Shown piece by piece: positions 1 to 12,072 of a stretch of DNA of 64,000 nt. The stretch is taken from contig NC_069003.1 in the NCBI RefSeq assembly GCF_001194135.2, positions 32,165,770 through 32,229,769 on the forward strand, given 5' to 3'. Numbering within the stretch: the stretch's first letter is position 1; each line of letters begins with the position of its first letter. The DNA is from Octopus bimaculoides. Lineage: Eukaryota. Both the position numbers and the translations under genes were made by a program. The notes beneath the pieces are model-generated. The model saw nothing but the letters and a program-made list of their open reading frames with translations, was not told the origin of the DNA and made no database searches.

Positions 1-22
1 TATATATATATATATATATATA

Positions 23-268
23 TGGAAAAAAGACAAAGTAGAAAATGCTAAAATACTTTTATAAAGAACATTACAGAACCGGTTTCGATCCTTGAGATCT
101 TCTCAACAGTAAATATGAAAAATAGATTTTTGAAAAATTATTGAAAAATTAAATTTTGGTAAATTTAAAAGAAAAGTCTTTTTAAAGACATATTTGCATG
201 GTATTCAAGTAACAGCGGCATTTTTCTTGCTTCTGCCTGTCGCTGTTTCACTTGTTAACTCTTGTGGG
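23..268 (-). mobile_element. Penelope-like pLTR/3' remnant inserted in (TA)n
   Basis: Complex sequence bounded by (TA)n on both sides. On the minus strand a short ORF end (..SETATGRSKKNAAVT*) is followed by an AT-rich UTR, the hammerhead and a T-rich tail. The Penelope assignment is inferred from this architecture. Confidence 0.5.
71..112 (-). ncRNA. Minimal type I hammerhead ribozyme motif (U3-A8 core variant)
   Basis: Minus strand reads ttactg-TTGAGAA-gatc(tcaag)gatc-GAAA-ccgg-TT-ctgtaa. Stem I pairs 5 of 6, stem II is 4 bp, stem III is the palindrome ACCGGT, and the predicted site is GUU. Confidence 0.6.
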
Positions 269-302
<34 letters not shown>

Positions 303-1244
303 GTGTGTGTGTGTCTGTATGTTTATTTGTATGTTGTATGAGTATATACATATATATACACACATATATGTGTGTGTATGTGTATAGATATGTATAAGTT
401 ATTATGTGTAGTGACATTGTATAAATGGTGTCCTTCATTTCCAATCTTCCTTGTAAACATGTTTGATTATAGAGAAATACTACCTGTTTTGGCAACAGAA
501 AGGGTATCTGACTGTAGAAAATCTATATAGATGAACTCCATTTGATCCATACAAGCATGGAAAAATTCACATACAGACATCTTAGCAGATGACACCCTTA
601 ACTGATGAATTTTGCCAGTTATAATCTGTGTTCTTGCTTTTATGCACCAAGCACCTATTTGGTGTTTTAACAAGGCACCCATGTTTAGTTGGATATAAAG
701 ATTACCTTTTGATATTAATACTGCTTCCAGCATTAATAATACACACATGCACACACACACACACACTTTATACATCGCTATGCATGTGCATACATATGTG
801 AGTGAGTGTGCATGAACTCATGTTTGTCTACATTTTTTTAGATAGATCTGCTGAAATCAGTGTTGTTGATAACTTCACATCAACAACTTCCTGTTTTGAA
901 GATGAGTGAAATATGTTATCTTCTTATTCAGTGCACGCGCACGCGTGTGTGTGTGTGTGTGAAAGAATTAAGAGTTAGTTTCAAGAAGGGTAAGTAAACA
1001 AATTGGAAGTTAAAAATACATGCACATACACACACATATAAATTTAACATGCAAGATATGGATATAATTAATCTAGTGGTACTCATAAAAAAAAAGCCCT
1101 TTTAATGGATCAGGTTACAAATGATTGTAATTATGGATGTCAATTGGGGAAATGAATTTCTTCATCTTATACCTCCTATCTTTCTACACACACACAAATA
1201 TATATACACAACCACACACAATATATACATACACGTACATACAT

Positions 1245-1245
<1 letters not shown>

Positions 1246-1337
<92 letters not shown>
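1246..1337. repeat. (CA)n microsatellite
   Basis: About 45 uninterrupted CA units, read directly. Confidence 0.95.
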
Positions 1338-1339
<2 letters not shown>

Positions 1340-2269
1340 TTAAGAATGTTACATAAACACTTATATTTTGAAAAGAAAAGAGATTAATATTTAATTTCAT
1401 GTGTATAATTATATGAAATTCATAAATTGTATATAATTCATAATAAAAATTTTGTGCAACGAGTTTCTTTCAGGTTCTGCTAACCAAATCCATACACAAG
1501 GCATTGGTCAAAACAGGGCTATAGTAGGAGACACTTTCTCTTTGAGACTGTTGGGAGAGAAGGACAAAGTTCTCCTCAGATCAGAGCTTGGGCATAAATG
1601 CATACAGCACGACAAACACTTATAATAGGGTCTGCATATTTTCTATATACCAAATTGTACTTGCATGTTATAAGTCAATCCAAAGTTATGGTATAAAACA
1701 CTTGCACAAGGTACCATGCCTTGAGATGGAACCTGATACTGCATAATTGCAAAGTGAACCACATGGCCATGCCTGTGACTATTAAACTCATTATTCATAA
1801 TAAGTTCATGTCTATTGTATGTATTTCATTGTGCTTCTAGATTGGTCACTTCAGTTTATGAGCCAATGAACCAAGCTCATTATTGTACATTGTTTTCATG
1901 TGTGCAAGATATTCTGTTCTGTAGTTATATTGATCGGTACAGCAAAATAGCAAAATATCACATAAATCTGTGATATTTTGCTGAAGGAAATATTTCTATG
2001 CAAGATAGATGTAAGTATGTATACATATGTATGTGTGTGTATTGAATATTTATAATGTAAGTTGTATGTGTGTGTGCATGTATATGTATGTATGTATGTA
2101 TGTGTATAAATATTTATAATGTAAGATGTGTATCTCTCTCTCTATATATATATATATGTGTGTGTGCATTTGTGTGTATGAGATAGAAGACTTGGCTTTG
2201 ACATTTTGGTTGCATTTGACAAATAGATTTTTATGTCTTCTTAAGTTATAACAAATTGTAATATAAACA

Positions 2270-2445
2270 TTACCAACATGATCACCATTATGTTGGTTTT
2301 GTTGACCATCATCACCATAGCAATCATCTTTATCATCATCACCACCATGATCATTACTATCATCATCATCATCATTAGGATGATGATGATGACGATGATA
2401 ATCTCCATTCTTGTTACCATCACCATTATTAGAATCATCATTGAT
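2270..2445. repeat. Degenerate (ATC)n/(GAT)n trinucleotide region
   Basis: catcat/gatgat runs; these account for ORFs 2050-2517, 2241-2441 and 2278-2499. Confidence 0.85.
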
Positions 2446-5224
2446 GCTTTCTTTTTTGGTCACAGTTCCACTGCAATTAAGCTGGCCTATGGTCAGTAAT
2501 GCCCTAGCAATGATCATATGGTCTTTTTCTCATAGATGCTATTACTGTATCCCATGTGTCCCTTCTTGAAAATAGGGGTCCACTTAGTTGGCAAAAATGA
2601 ATAATACACATATTACAAAGGGCTACCCTTTCACATTCTAGGCCATGCTGAATCTCCCTTAGAGCTACATTAAGGGTACTCGTGTCTGGAGCACTCAACC
2701 ACTTGCATGTTAATTTCATGGGCAGACTGTTCTGTTGATCGGAGCAACTGGAACCTTCTTCATCGTACACGATGAAGTGCTAGAAGATGTAATATATATT
2801 TATTATTCATTATATATGATGATGTTGAAGTCGCTGCCTAGCACCAGGTCAGCTTCGATCAAGCAGTTACATGATCAGAATCATTCTAGATGTGACTATA
2901 ACATTCTTTCCCCAATTTAGTATATTTAGAAGTGCATTATTATCCAATGTTGCTCTTCATTCGTTAAGATGGTTGGGTGTGATATGGGGAAAATTTGGCT
3001 GCTTTCTCTAGATAGTGGTAGAGTGAGCAATCCATTTTCAATATTCAGCTGAAACCTGTTCACTTCTAAATTATATAATATATTTTCTCTGCTATATTTC
3101 ATTGTATTGCTTTTAATTTAGTCCTGTATAAAGATTTTATATTTGGTCTGTCAACATGATCAGCGAACAAATGCCTTATGAGCAAATGTGAGTGGGTGGA
3201 AGCTCTCCCTCTCCCTTTCTCTCTTTCTCTCTCTCACACATACACACACACAGTTATGTGTTTGTGTGTGTATGTAGACATAAATTTATGTGTATACATA
3301 TTTATACATTATTTCACAAATGTGTTGTGTGCATGTGCATCTGTATATACATGCATGTGTCTATAAAAACGCATGTATTTACAGTAACTCATTTGGGAAT
3401 ATGTTGTGAAGTTGTTCTATCAAACTTTACATTACTGTTTATTTTTTAAATATTTCTGTAAATGTTCTATTATTCAATGTATGTTTGTATATGAGCCACA
3501 GTTCTTTAGAGAGTGAAGTGTGTTTCAGATAATTTGTAAAATGTTAAGAAGATGATACAGTAAAGGAAGAAATGGTGGCAGCAGCAGCAGAAGAAGAATA
3601 AATTCTCTTTCTGAAAGCTCTGTCTGTTAATCAATTCTTTTTGAATTCTTCAGCCTGAAGTTCCATAGTAGCTCCACTTGCACAATTCCTATTCCGCCTT
3701 CTCCAGCTTCTTGTGTATATTTAAACATTGTCAGTGTTGGCTATTTTAACCCTTTCGTGGCTATATTCCTTATGAGTTAATGTTGCTGTTTAGCCCAAGA
3801 TAAGCTCTGATGGAGTAAACCTATGATTAAATACATTGAACCCTATGATCAATGCCACTCTGCTTTTTAACATGTATGATATTTGTCCTTGATATCTCTG
3901 AAGATGACCAGATTAGCAACTTTACTCTTTGTGAATATCTTGAGGTAGCTTATTAGACCAATATTGGCATAATATCCATGGTAACCGTGGAAGCACAAAT
4001 GCAGAATTAGGACCTGGTGGGATTGTTGCTTTCCATGCAGACTTCTTCCTGTATCCAAGATTGCTTCATTCTGTTTACAGATGTGTGTCCCTCCCTTTTA
4101 AATTGTACTATGTATATCTATAACTTAATATATGATCTATTTTGTGTGAGGAGGACACGGTTAACTGCTATATATAAGTTTTCGAGTGCATCGAATATGT
4201 TAACACTGGTTTGTATGCAGATGGTGTCCCTAAGTAATTAACATTACTGTTTTATTTTCTTTAAATTAGCTAACTACTGATTTTAATTTTTAGATGGTGT
4301 CTCTCAGTAATTAACATCAATAATTTAGTTTTTGGAATAAGAATAAGCCAAATTGTCATTCCTGGTCAGCTTCTTAGTAATTCTGCCATAACTTTTTCAG
4401 CAAGCACTGTAAGCCCACATCTGTGTGTGTGTGTGTGTGTGTTTTTATCAGTGTACATGGATCAACACAAACATGTATATGTCACTATCTTTCTGTTCTC
4501 CTTCCTTCCTTCCTTCCATATTGATTTCAAAGCATTGGTCAACCTAAAGTTACAGCAGAGGACACTTAAGGAGCTGCACAGTGGAATCTATTACAGAGAT
4601 GCGGTTGCAAAAGCAAACTTCTTAACCACAATACTACATACCTGTATATCTCTTATAAAAATAGCAACTTGGTGCTGTAAATGTTAGTATACTCACTCTG
4701 ATAGACAATTGCTAAATAAATATTGATTTCTCTTGATTTTCCTCTATCTATAGGGAGTATATTTGATTGAATTGACCTCAATATATTAAAGCTACTTATT
4801 TTCTCAATCTCTGAAGAATAAAAATGCAAACGTGAAACCCCAGTGGGATTTGAACTCAGAATAGTAAAATATCAAACTAGATACATACAATAAACCATTT
4901 ATATCCTCTCTATTCTCTAAGCATCTGTGAGCAAGTAGATGAGTCTTCTTTTTATTATTAAATAAATACTGTCAGTATTCAAATGTTCATAATATTGGTA
5001 ATAAATTTTATTTGTATCAAACTAACAAGGGAGCCTCTATGTTAGCAGTTCTCAACCATTTTTTTTTACTTATGGAATCCCTTTGATTCCGGTTTTTCTT
5101 GGCTGGACCCTCATAACCATTCAGTGTTTAAAAAATCCTATTATGTTTTTTCATCATCATCATCATCCTTTGATGTCTGTTTTCCATGCTGACATGGGTT
5201 GGACAGTTTGACCAGAGCTGGTAA

Positions 5225-5415
5225 GTTGTGGAGAGTTCATATTGTTGTTCAATGCTCGAAATGAGGAGTTGACAGCCGACAACTGATGAAGGGTCGTTCT
5301 TTATGTTACTTGTCCTGTGTTTCCATTTGTTTCTCTCGTTGTTTGCATATTGAACTCATTTGCTTTCGTATTTCATGCTGTTTATTTTTGGTGACAACCT
5401 GTACCCATATATGCA
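5225..5415 (+). mobile_element. Retroelement remnant related to the 47245-48170 repeats (Penelope-like, inferred)
   Basis: Shares ctgatgaagg..ttct(c/t)tatgt and the 3' end cctgtaccca(t/g)atatgca with the 47250 and 47982 copies. Confidence 0.4.
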
Positions 5416-5559
5416 TGTGTGTGTGTGTGTGTGTGTGTATATATAAAATATAATTTTTGACCAGACTATTGGATATTGTTATACACCACTGGTCATAATG
5501 CACTTTGTATTGATTTAGTTTTCAAATGATGCCACTCTGCTGACTAGGCAAGCAGACTA

Positions 5560-5735
5560 TCATTACCTCTTGATTGGAAGGCTCGTCTGTCACAGGATTA
5601 CCCATTTACAGCTGAGTTGACTGGAGTAATGTGCAATGAAATGTTTTGCTCAAGAACACAACTCGCTGCTTGGTCCAGGAATTGAACCCATGATCTAGTG
5701 ATCTTGAGTGCAACACCCTAACCGCTAGGCCACTC
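5560..5735 (-). mobile_element. tRNA-headed SINE, family with 'gctcaagaacacaac' core
   Basis: Minus strand has tggcctagcggttagggtgttgcactcaagatcactagatcatgggttcaattcc (A/B boxes). Related copies lie at about 19610-19850 (+) and 46770-47020 (-). Confidence 0.7.
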
Positions 5736-7189
5736 TTCTTCACATACACACACTCACACACACCATAGAAACCGTGCCAAAATAGACAATGGTGCTGGGC
5801 ACAGCCCATTGGCTTGCCAGCTATTGTCAAACTGTCCAACCCATGCCAGTATGGAAAATGGACATTAAATGATGATGATGACAATATGCATACGCATACA
5901 TATAAATGTAATATGGCTGAATGGTTAAGATGTTTGTTTTGCAACTTTAAGGTCTTGTGTTCAATCCCACTGCATGGCATCTTGGGCAGATGTAGTTTCT
6001 GTAACCTTGGGTCAACACCATATGTTTGTAGTGAAACTGGGTAGATGGAAACTGTATAGGTGGATTATGTCCATAATTTCAAGGTACAACCTTATCACAC
6101 TGATTCTGCCTGAGAATTAGGTAAAGGGTACACATAACTGGAATATTCAGTTTCAGATGTTAATTCAATGTGCATGTTATTCAGTTGATTGAACAACTAA
6201 ATCCTTGTTGCTGAATGACAGAGATCCACAATAATCACATATATAGATACACGCACGCACACATGCACATACGTTTCGGTGTATAAGTGTCTGTGTATAT
6301 TAGCATAAATCAGGGCATTGAGTTATGTCCCCTTTGCAGGGATCAATTTTAATCAACTATATGCAACCAGAAAATTGATGCAGCTTGTGTCAAACTTAGA
6401 AATCAATAATTGATGTGTAAATAGATGTGTTATATTCAGGATGAGAATCTTTCTTTTACAGATACAGCATACCTCGTGAAAGTACAGTTCTGTTTCGATA
6501 AGTTTGATTGTGGTAGATCAAGCAAGAGTAATGAGAAATGTCAAATGTACATACAAGTATCCACATTCTGTATAAATTTGAAAATATGTAAACTGAGGAT
6601 AATTTTCAGCAATCTTTTTTAAATTGCTTAACTATAGAATTCCCGAGTTATTGACGAGAAAATGATTTTTATATATTACTAATTGAAAACCTGTCATTTT
6701 CTACAATATTGTTTATGTGAAATCCGGAATTTTCCTGAACAGCTTGCTATTTTGGTGCATCGTATCGTTAATTGACATTAACTGATTGCATTCCAATTTA
6801 TAAAACTACTCCATTATTGAGGATATTGATAATTATAATGAAGAGGCAAGTTGGTTCTGTTTAGATATTTTCTTGCTTGCCACATTTACTAACTATTGTG
6901 TGTGACTATTAACTAAGTATTGTGTAAAACGAGCTACTGAGGGAGGAGTTAGTATCTTTTGGTTGTTCAATGCATGAGAAATAACTTCCGAATCTGCCAA
7001 AGTTCTACCCTGTTATCTTAGATGAAGAAAGAATATATTGGTTAATGAGGCCCCTGGGAAAACCCCTAAAACGAGTGAAGTGTCTTTGATCATAGGGGCT
7101 TAACAACAACAAAAGCAATAACGAGGACTAAGTATCATATGGTTGCAGGGAAAATAAATATTTCCCTTTAAGTAAATATTTTTTATCTG

Positions 7190-7366
7190 TTACATGTTTC
7201 ACTCATTGGACTGTGACTTGTTGGGGCAATGCCTGGAAGGCAAATCAACCCCAGTACTTTTTCCTTTTTTTAAGCCTTGCACTTATTCAATTGGTCTCTT
7301 ATTGTCAAACTGCTTAAGTTATGGAAATGTAAACAAACCAACACCAGTTGTCAAGCAGTTGTCACA

Positions 7367-7408
<42 letters not shown>

Positions 7409-7586
7409 CATGCATGCATGCACGCACGGTGGGCTTGTTTCAGTTTCTGTCTGCCAAATCCATTCACAAGCACTTAGTCAACCTGGATCTATAGTAGAAT
7501 ACACTTGCCTAAGGTGCTATGTGGTAAAACAGAATCCAGAACTATGTGGTTGGGAAGCAAACTTCTAGCCGCACAGCCATACCTGT
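7190..7586 (-). mobile_element. Composite tRNA-headed SINE (head, (CA)n linker, tail)
   Basis: Diverged reverse-complement copy of the 15611-15918 element. Confidence 0.75.
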
Positions 7587-9037
7587 TCTATTTCAAATAT
7601 TTATTCATTATTTTGTTGTATCTTCAAAATTATGAATAAAATCATTGTCATCAAGATTTGTGTCTGCTTTCCATGCTGGCATAATTTGGATGGTTTGACA
7701 GGATCCAACAGGTCAGAGGACCACGTCTTGTGCCAGTGTATCAGTTTTGGAACTTTCTATCTGTTGACAGCTCCTTGCTTCCATACTCTCCTTAGCATGA
7801 CTATAGATGAATACACAATGTTAATTATTAAATGTCAATGAAACCTTTCTCTCTTACTCTCATAATCCATTGTCAACGATTTCATAAAACTAGTTTGATA
7901 TCATGACTAAATGGAAAGTAATTTCATGTAATTCCTTATTCTAATTTGACAGGCTCCCCCCATCTTTTATCCTATGCAAATAAAATTCTAATCATACTTT
8001 GTGTGTACCAAAATAATGTGTATCCTGTTTAGAAGAGAAGTTTGTTTGGATTGTTGTTTAAATCCGGATCAACCCTAATCATGAAGACCCATGATAAAGT
8101 AAAGTGTAATTTGAGGGAGATTTGAGCCTTATGTCTATCTAGCACATTGAGTGATCACATAGTGGCTCCCTTGATAGCTCATAAATTTGGAGATTTTGAT
8201 GGATTAAGTTCTGAAGTGACAGAATTGATAGAACATTGGACAAAATGCAGTGCAGTATTTTGTCATGGGCCTTTACATTTTCTGTTCAAATCCTGGTAAG
8301 GCAGATTTCTACATTTCACTGTCTTTATGGGTCAATAAAGTGAGAACCAATCAAATATTGGAGGTGTCTGGTATAAGCAACTCTATTCCTCTTTCTCTAA
8401 TTTGTAACTGATATTCACTCTTGTGCCCATGTTAAGAATCATTAACGTTGTAGTTGCAACAATTGTTAAGCCAGAATCTAATGGTATCCATAATGCAATA
8501 AGGAAATTATTTGTCAATACATTTCTAACATAGCTAATTCTTATGTTAGCTTAATTTCATTTAAGTCAAGCTCATTATAAACCAGCTCTGTTCAACTAGT
8601 CTACAACTGCCAAATTAATTAGCAAATGGGTGTTCCTTTGGGCAGAAGATCTACATAAGCATACATAATTTCATGCAAATTTCAGTTAGGTTTCATTTTT
8701 GCTAATTTCTAATTTGAATTGACTCTATCATTTAATTTATTTTCTATTTAATTATTGCAGTGTATACGCGCGTGTGTGTGTGTGTGTGTGTGTGTTCATG
8801 TGTAGTCCCAGGCCAGGCCTGATTGAACAGATCTATGATGAAAGTCATTCCAGATGTGATCATTCTGTCTTATTGAATTTATTTTCTGTCTTCCTTTATA
8901 TTTGATCAGCTGCACTGTTTCCAGGTTAATCCTGATCCAACAAACCCCTGATAGAATAAGGCATTCCAGTCATGACCACACTGTCATTTTCAGAAGTGCC
9001 TGCACCCACATTGCCATCTAGTATGGCTTTTTCTTAA

Positions 9038-9250
9038 TCCTCTAGCGTTTAAACCGGTCATATCCAGCCCAAATATTCTACCTGTTTCATGTTCAAACCA
9101 ACTAGATCTGGCCCCTCACACTTGCCCTACAATATCATTCTAAAAACACAATCACATCATCAAAATCTCGAAGCTACAAGATAATGCATTATTAATTCAA
9201 AACTGTAAATAATAAACATTAAACTTGGCAGTAATTTGAATGGTAAAGGT
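9038..9250. mobile_element. piggyBac-like MITE
   Basis: TTAA on both sides, degenerate TIRs (tcctctagcgttt / aatggtaaaggt), and an internal sequence homologous to 32193-32402. Confidence 0.7.
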
Positions 9251-9384
9251 TTAAATCACGAAGGCGTGAATTTAGAGATTTGGTTGTTATTTCTAGAAGT
9301 TCAAGCAACCTCTTTAAGGTTTATTTTGGCTTGTGAATGCATTATTTCTGTTGTTCACTTGAAGAAGGAAGGTTTCTGTTAATC

Positions 9385-9385
<1 letters not shown>

Positions 9386-9427
<42 letters not shown>

Positions 9428-9445
9428 CTAGTAGTAGTAGTAGTA
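9386..9445. repeat. (AGT)n microsatellite
   Basis: Near-perfect agt run, read directly. Confidence 0.95.
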
Positions 9446-10420
9446 TTGGTAGTAATTGAAGATGAAGAAGATTCATAGATAAAAAGTGAAATGTTTGGCT
9501 GGATAGTGTTGAAATTTCGGTCTTTGTTATGTTTGTTTAGCTGCAAGTCAGTCCTGATAAAATAAACCTTTGATTTAAAATGTTCCAGCCATGGTCATCA
9601 CTACCTATATATAAAAAAATAAAATCACATGGTTGTGGCTGAAATATCTTTGATCATAGGATCATAGGTTTGCTTCAGCAGAGATCACCTGGGACTGGGA
9701 TTATGCAACGAAACCTCAGCAACAACAAAAACAATTCTCAAACCAGATGGTGTTTGTGAATTAGTTAAGCAAAAGAGAAAATAATAAAAAGGAAGTAAAA
9801 GATTTACTTTTTAAAAAGAGTATTACTTGAAATTTAAATAGACCAACAATTCATGCAGTTTCTATGCTTGATAAACATGCTGACATGTTAAATTGTCATG
9901 TCTTAATGTGTATTCACATAAATCAGAGAGAGAGAGAGAGATAGTTGGAGGAAGAGGAGCTAGAAAGAAAATTTTATAGAAGTGAATAACTGAACATTTG
10001 AAAGAATATTTATAACATATTTCATTTATAATTCTTATTCTAAAGACACGTCTGAACACTTTTTCTCTTCCTCTTGCTATATTTGCATCAGGCAAAATGA
10101 TGGGCAAATGCACTGGATAGCTTGTTAATTATGGGTTTTGTAGGGCATTGTTCCATTATCATGTGCTTTAAAGTTAATAAATATTCGAAGAATACTGTGG
10201 TCATTGAAGTTTACATCCCTCATCTGGCTCACTATGTTTCTGACAATGGAGAATTGATACAAGGGAGCACCCATGTATTTTGATGCAGAACAATCATCTC
10301 CAGATTCTTTGATTGTTAAGCATCAGTTTTTTGGTCAATCTGAAGTTTATAGTTTTCACTGATATACATCACAAATAATACAAAAGATATACACATATAT
10401 ATATGCTGATCTCACATGAG

Positions 10421-10459
<39 letters not shown>

Positions 10460-10460
<1 letters not shown>

Positions 10461-10730
10461 TATCATCACCATTTAATCTCTGTTTTCCATGCCAGCATAG
10501 GTTGGATGGCTTAACAGCAACTGGCAAGGCCAGGAGCTGCACCAGGTTCCATAATCTGTTTTGGCTTGGTTTCTATGGCTGGATGCCCTTCCTAACACCA
10601 GCTGCTCCACAGTGTACTGGGCGCTTTTTTACGTGGCACTATTATCAGTGCTTTTTACATGACACCAGCACCAGTGTGTTTTACGTGGCATCAACACCCA
10701 CACCATTGCTTTTTATGTGGCACCTTAGTT
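10460..10730 (-). mobile_element. 5'-truncated RTE-type tail / SINE copy
   Basis: Reverse complement of the 17113-17298 family; the (ATG)n tail lies at the left end. Confidence 0.75.
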
Positions 10731-10814
10731 CTAGGATCTCAATTCTGTTGTGGTGGGAGTGTCTTCTTGAGTACAGCCATGCGCCACATATCTCATCAAG
10801 CCAAGTAAAATTGT

Positions 10815-11036
10815 AGTTGCGACAGATACTGGTGCCACACAACTGGTACCTGTGTCAGTGACATGTAAAAGCACCCATTACACTCTTGAAATGGTTGACA
10901 TTAGGAAGGGCATTCAGGTGTAGAAACCATGCCAAATCGAACTGGAGTCTGGTGTAGCCCCTCAGCTTACCAGCTCTGGTCAAACCATACAACCCATGCC
11001 AGCATGAACAACGGACATTAAATGATGATGATGATA
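10815..11036 (+). mobile_element. 5'-truncated RTE-type tail / SINE copy
   Basis: gtaaaagcaccc..attaggaagggcat..aacccatgccagcatg..ggacattaaatgatgatgatga. Confidence 0.75.
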
Positions 11037-11890
11037 TAATACTATAGAAGACGAACAATTGCTGAAGATGCCATGTAGTGGGAGTGAACGTGGAATGTTT
11101 GCTGAGCAATCTTGTTGACTATACATCTGTGCCTGCACTCATTCTACATGTTCATATATTTCTCTTTGTTTTCTTTCGTCTTCTTTGATGTTTATGCCAT
11201 TCTCATAGGTTGAACTGTCTTAAGTGATGTAGTAAATAGATGTAATACTATTAGAAATGCATATTAAAAACATCTTGCCTCTTGTACTTTCTCACATCAA
11301 TCAGAATAAGAACAAATCTCTTTGCCATATATCTACATATGTATGTGTGTATGTGTATGTGTTTATGCATGCATGTGTAAACACAAACACACAAAACATA
11401 CATACATATGTGTGAGTTAACATCTTCAATTAACTCCTACTGATATGGATTTGAAGCATTTTTTTTTTTTTTTCTCAGCCTAAATTTGTTTTTCCTTAAC
11501 TATTTTTCTATATGACACACTTGATCACCTTCTGTTTATTGATAAATTCCATATGTAAGATGATTATGTGAGCTGATAAAATTCGTAAAAAAAATAAATA
11601 AATAAAAAATTAAAAAAACAAGCAGCAACAGTATTGGAGTTATATTTATTTAGTCATTCATTTATGTATTTTTTTGGTTAAAGAATGTAACCTATTTATG
11701 CTCATTTTGATGTCCAATAATCAATTTATGCAATTTATTTCTCTCTATTTATCTGTAAATCCTCCAAAGAGATATCAATATTTTGAGGAAATAAATGTTT
11801 TTTGATAAATTATTGGCTTGTATAATTTTTAAAATGTATATGTATTTTTTTCTTCTTTCTTTAGATGTAATATTTACACATTTTATTACT

Positions 11891-11904
11891 ATTGCCATGA
11901 CAAC
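11891..11904. promoter_or_regulatory. Candidate RFX X-box (ATTGCCATGACAAC)
   Basis: Fits RYYNYY-WW-RRNRAC in non-repeat DNA. An ETS-like ACTTCCTG and an octamer ATTTGCAT lie within 55 bp. Motif match only. Confidence 0.3.
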
Positions 11905-11988
11905 AAACTTTGTCTTTTCACACGAGACTTCCTGCTGTTTTATAAAATTTGCATAGTAAAAAATTGTTTTCGTCCCTCTCTCTCTTAC

Positions 11989-12072
11989 CATCTCCTCCTC
12001 CACAAAGTTCAATAAATCCATTTTCAATTCCAAGCATAGATTTAACACAATTTGCTTGTTCGTTCAAGTATT
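11989..12072 (-). CDS. Candidate internal exon of an unidentified gene (..YLNEQANCVKSMLGIENGFIELCGGGD..)
   Basis: Acceptor cccacag, strong donor ATG|GTAAGA, 84 nt, phase 1-1, open frame in unique sequence. An alternative reading is a first exon MDLLNFVEEEM. No homology recognised. Confidence 0.35.

Noticed and set aside
520-605. Plus-strand YIDELHL..KNSHTDILADDTL, resembling a LINE RT YADD motif
   Set aside because: It needs a frameshift, the flanking RT motifs (PQG) are absent, and stops follow immediately. A minus-strand open exon explains the region equally well.
3590-3720. Minus-strand EAGEGGIGIVQVEL, resembling a LINE 'GGxG' motif
   Set aside because: The similarity is too short and is not supported by adjacent motifs.
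5263-5297. Type II hammerhead permutation (GAAA before CTGATGA)
   Set aside because: No stem III and no NUH triplet can be formed.
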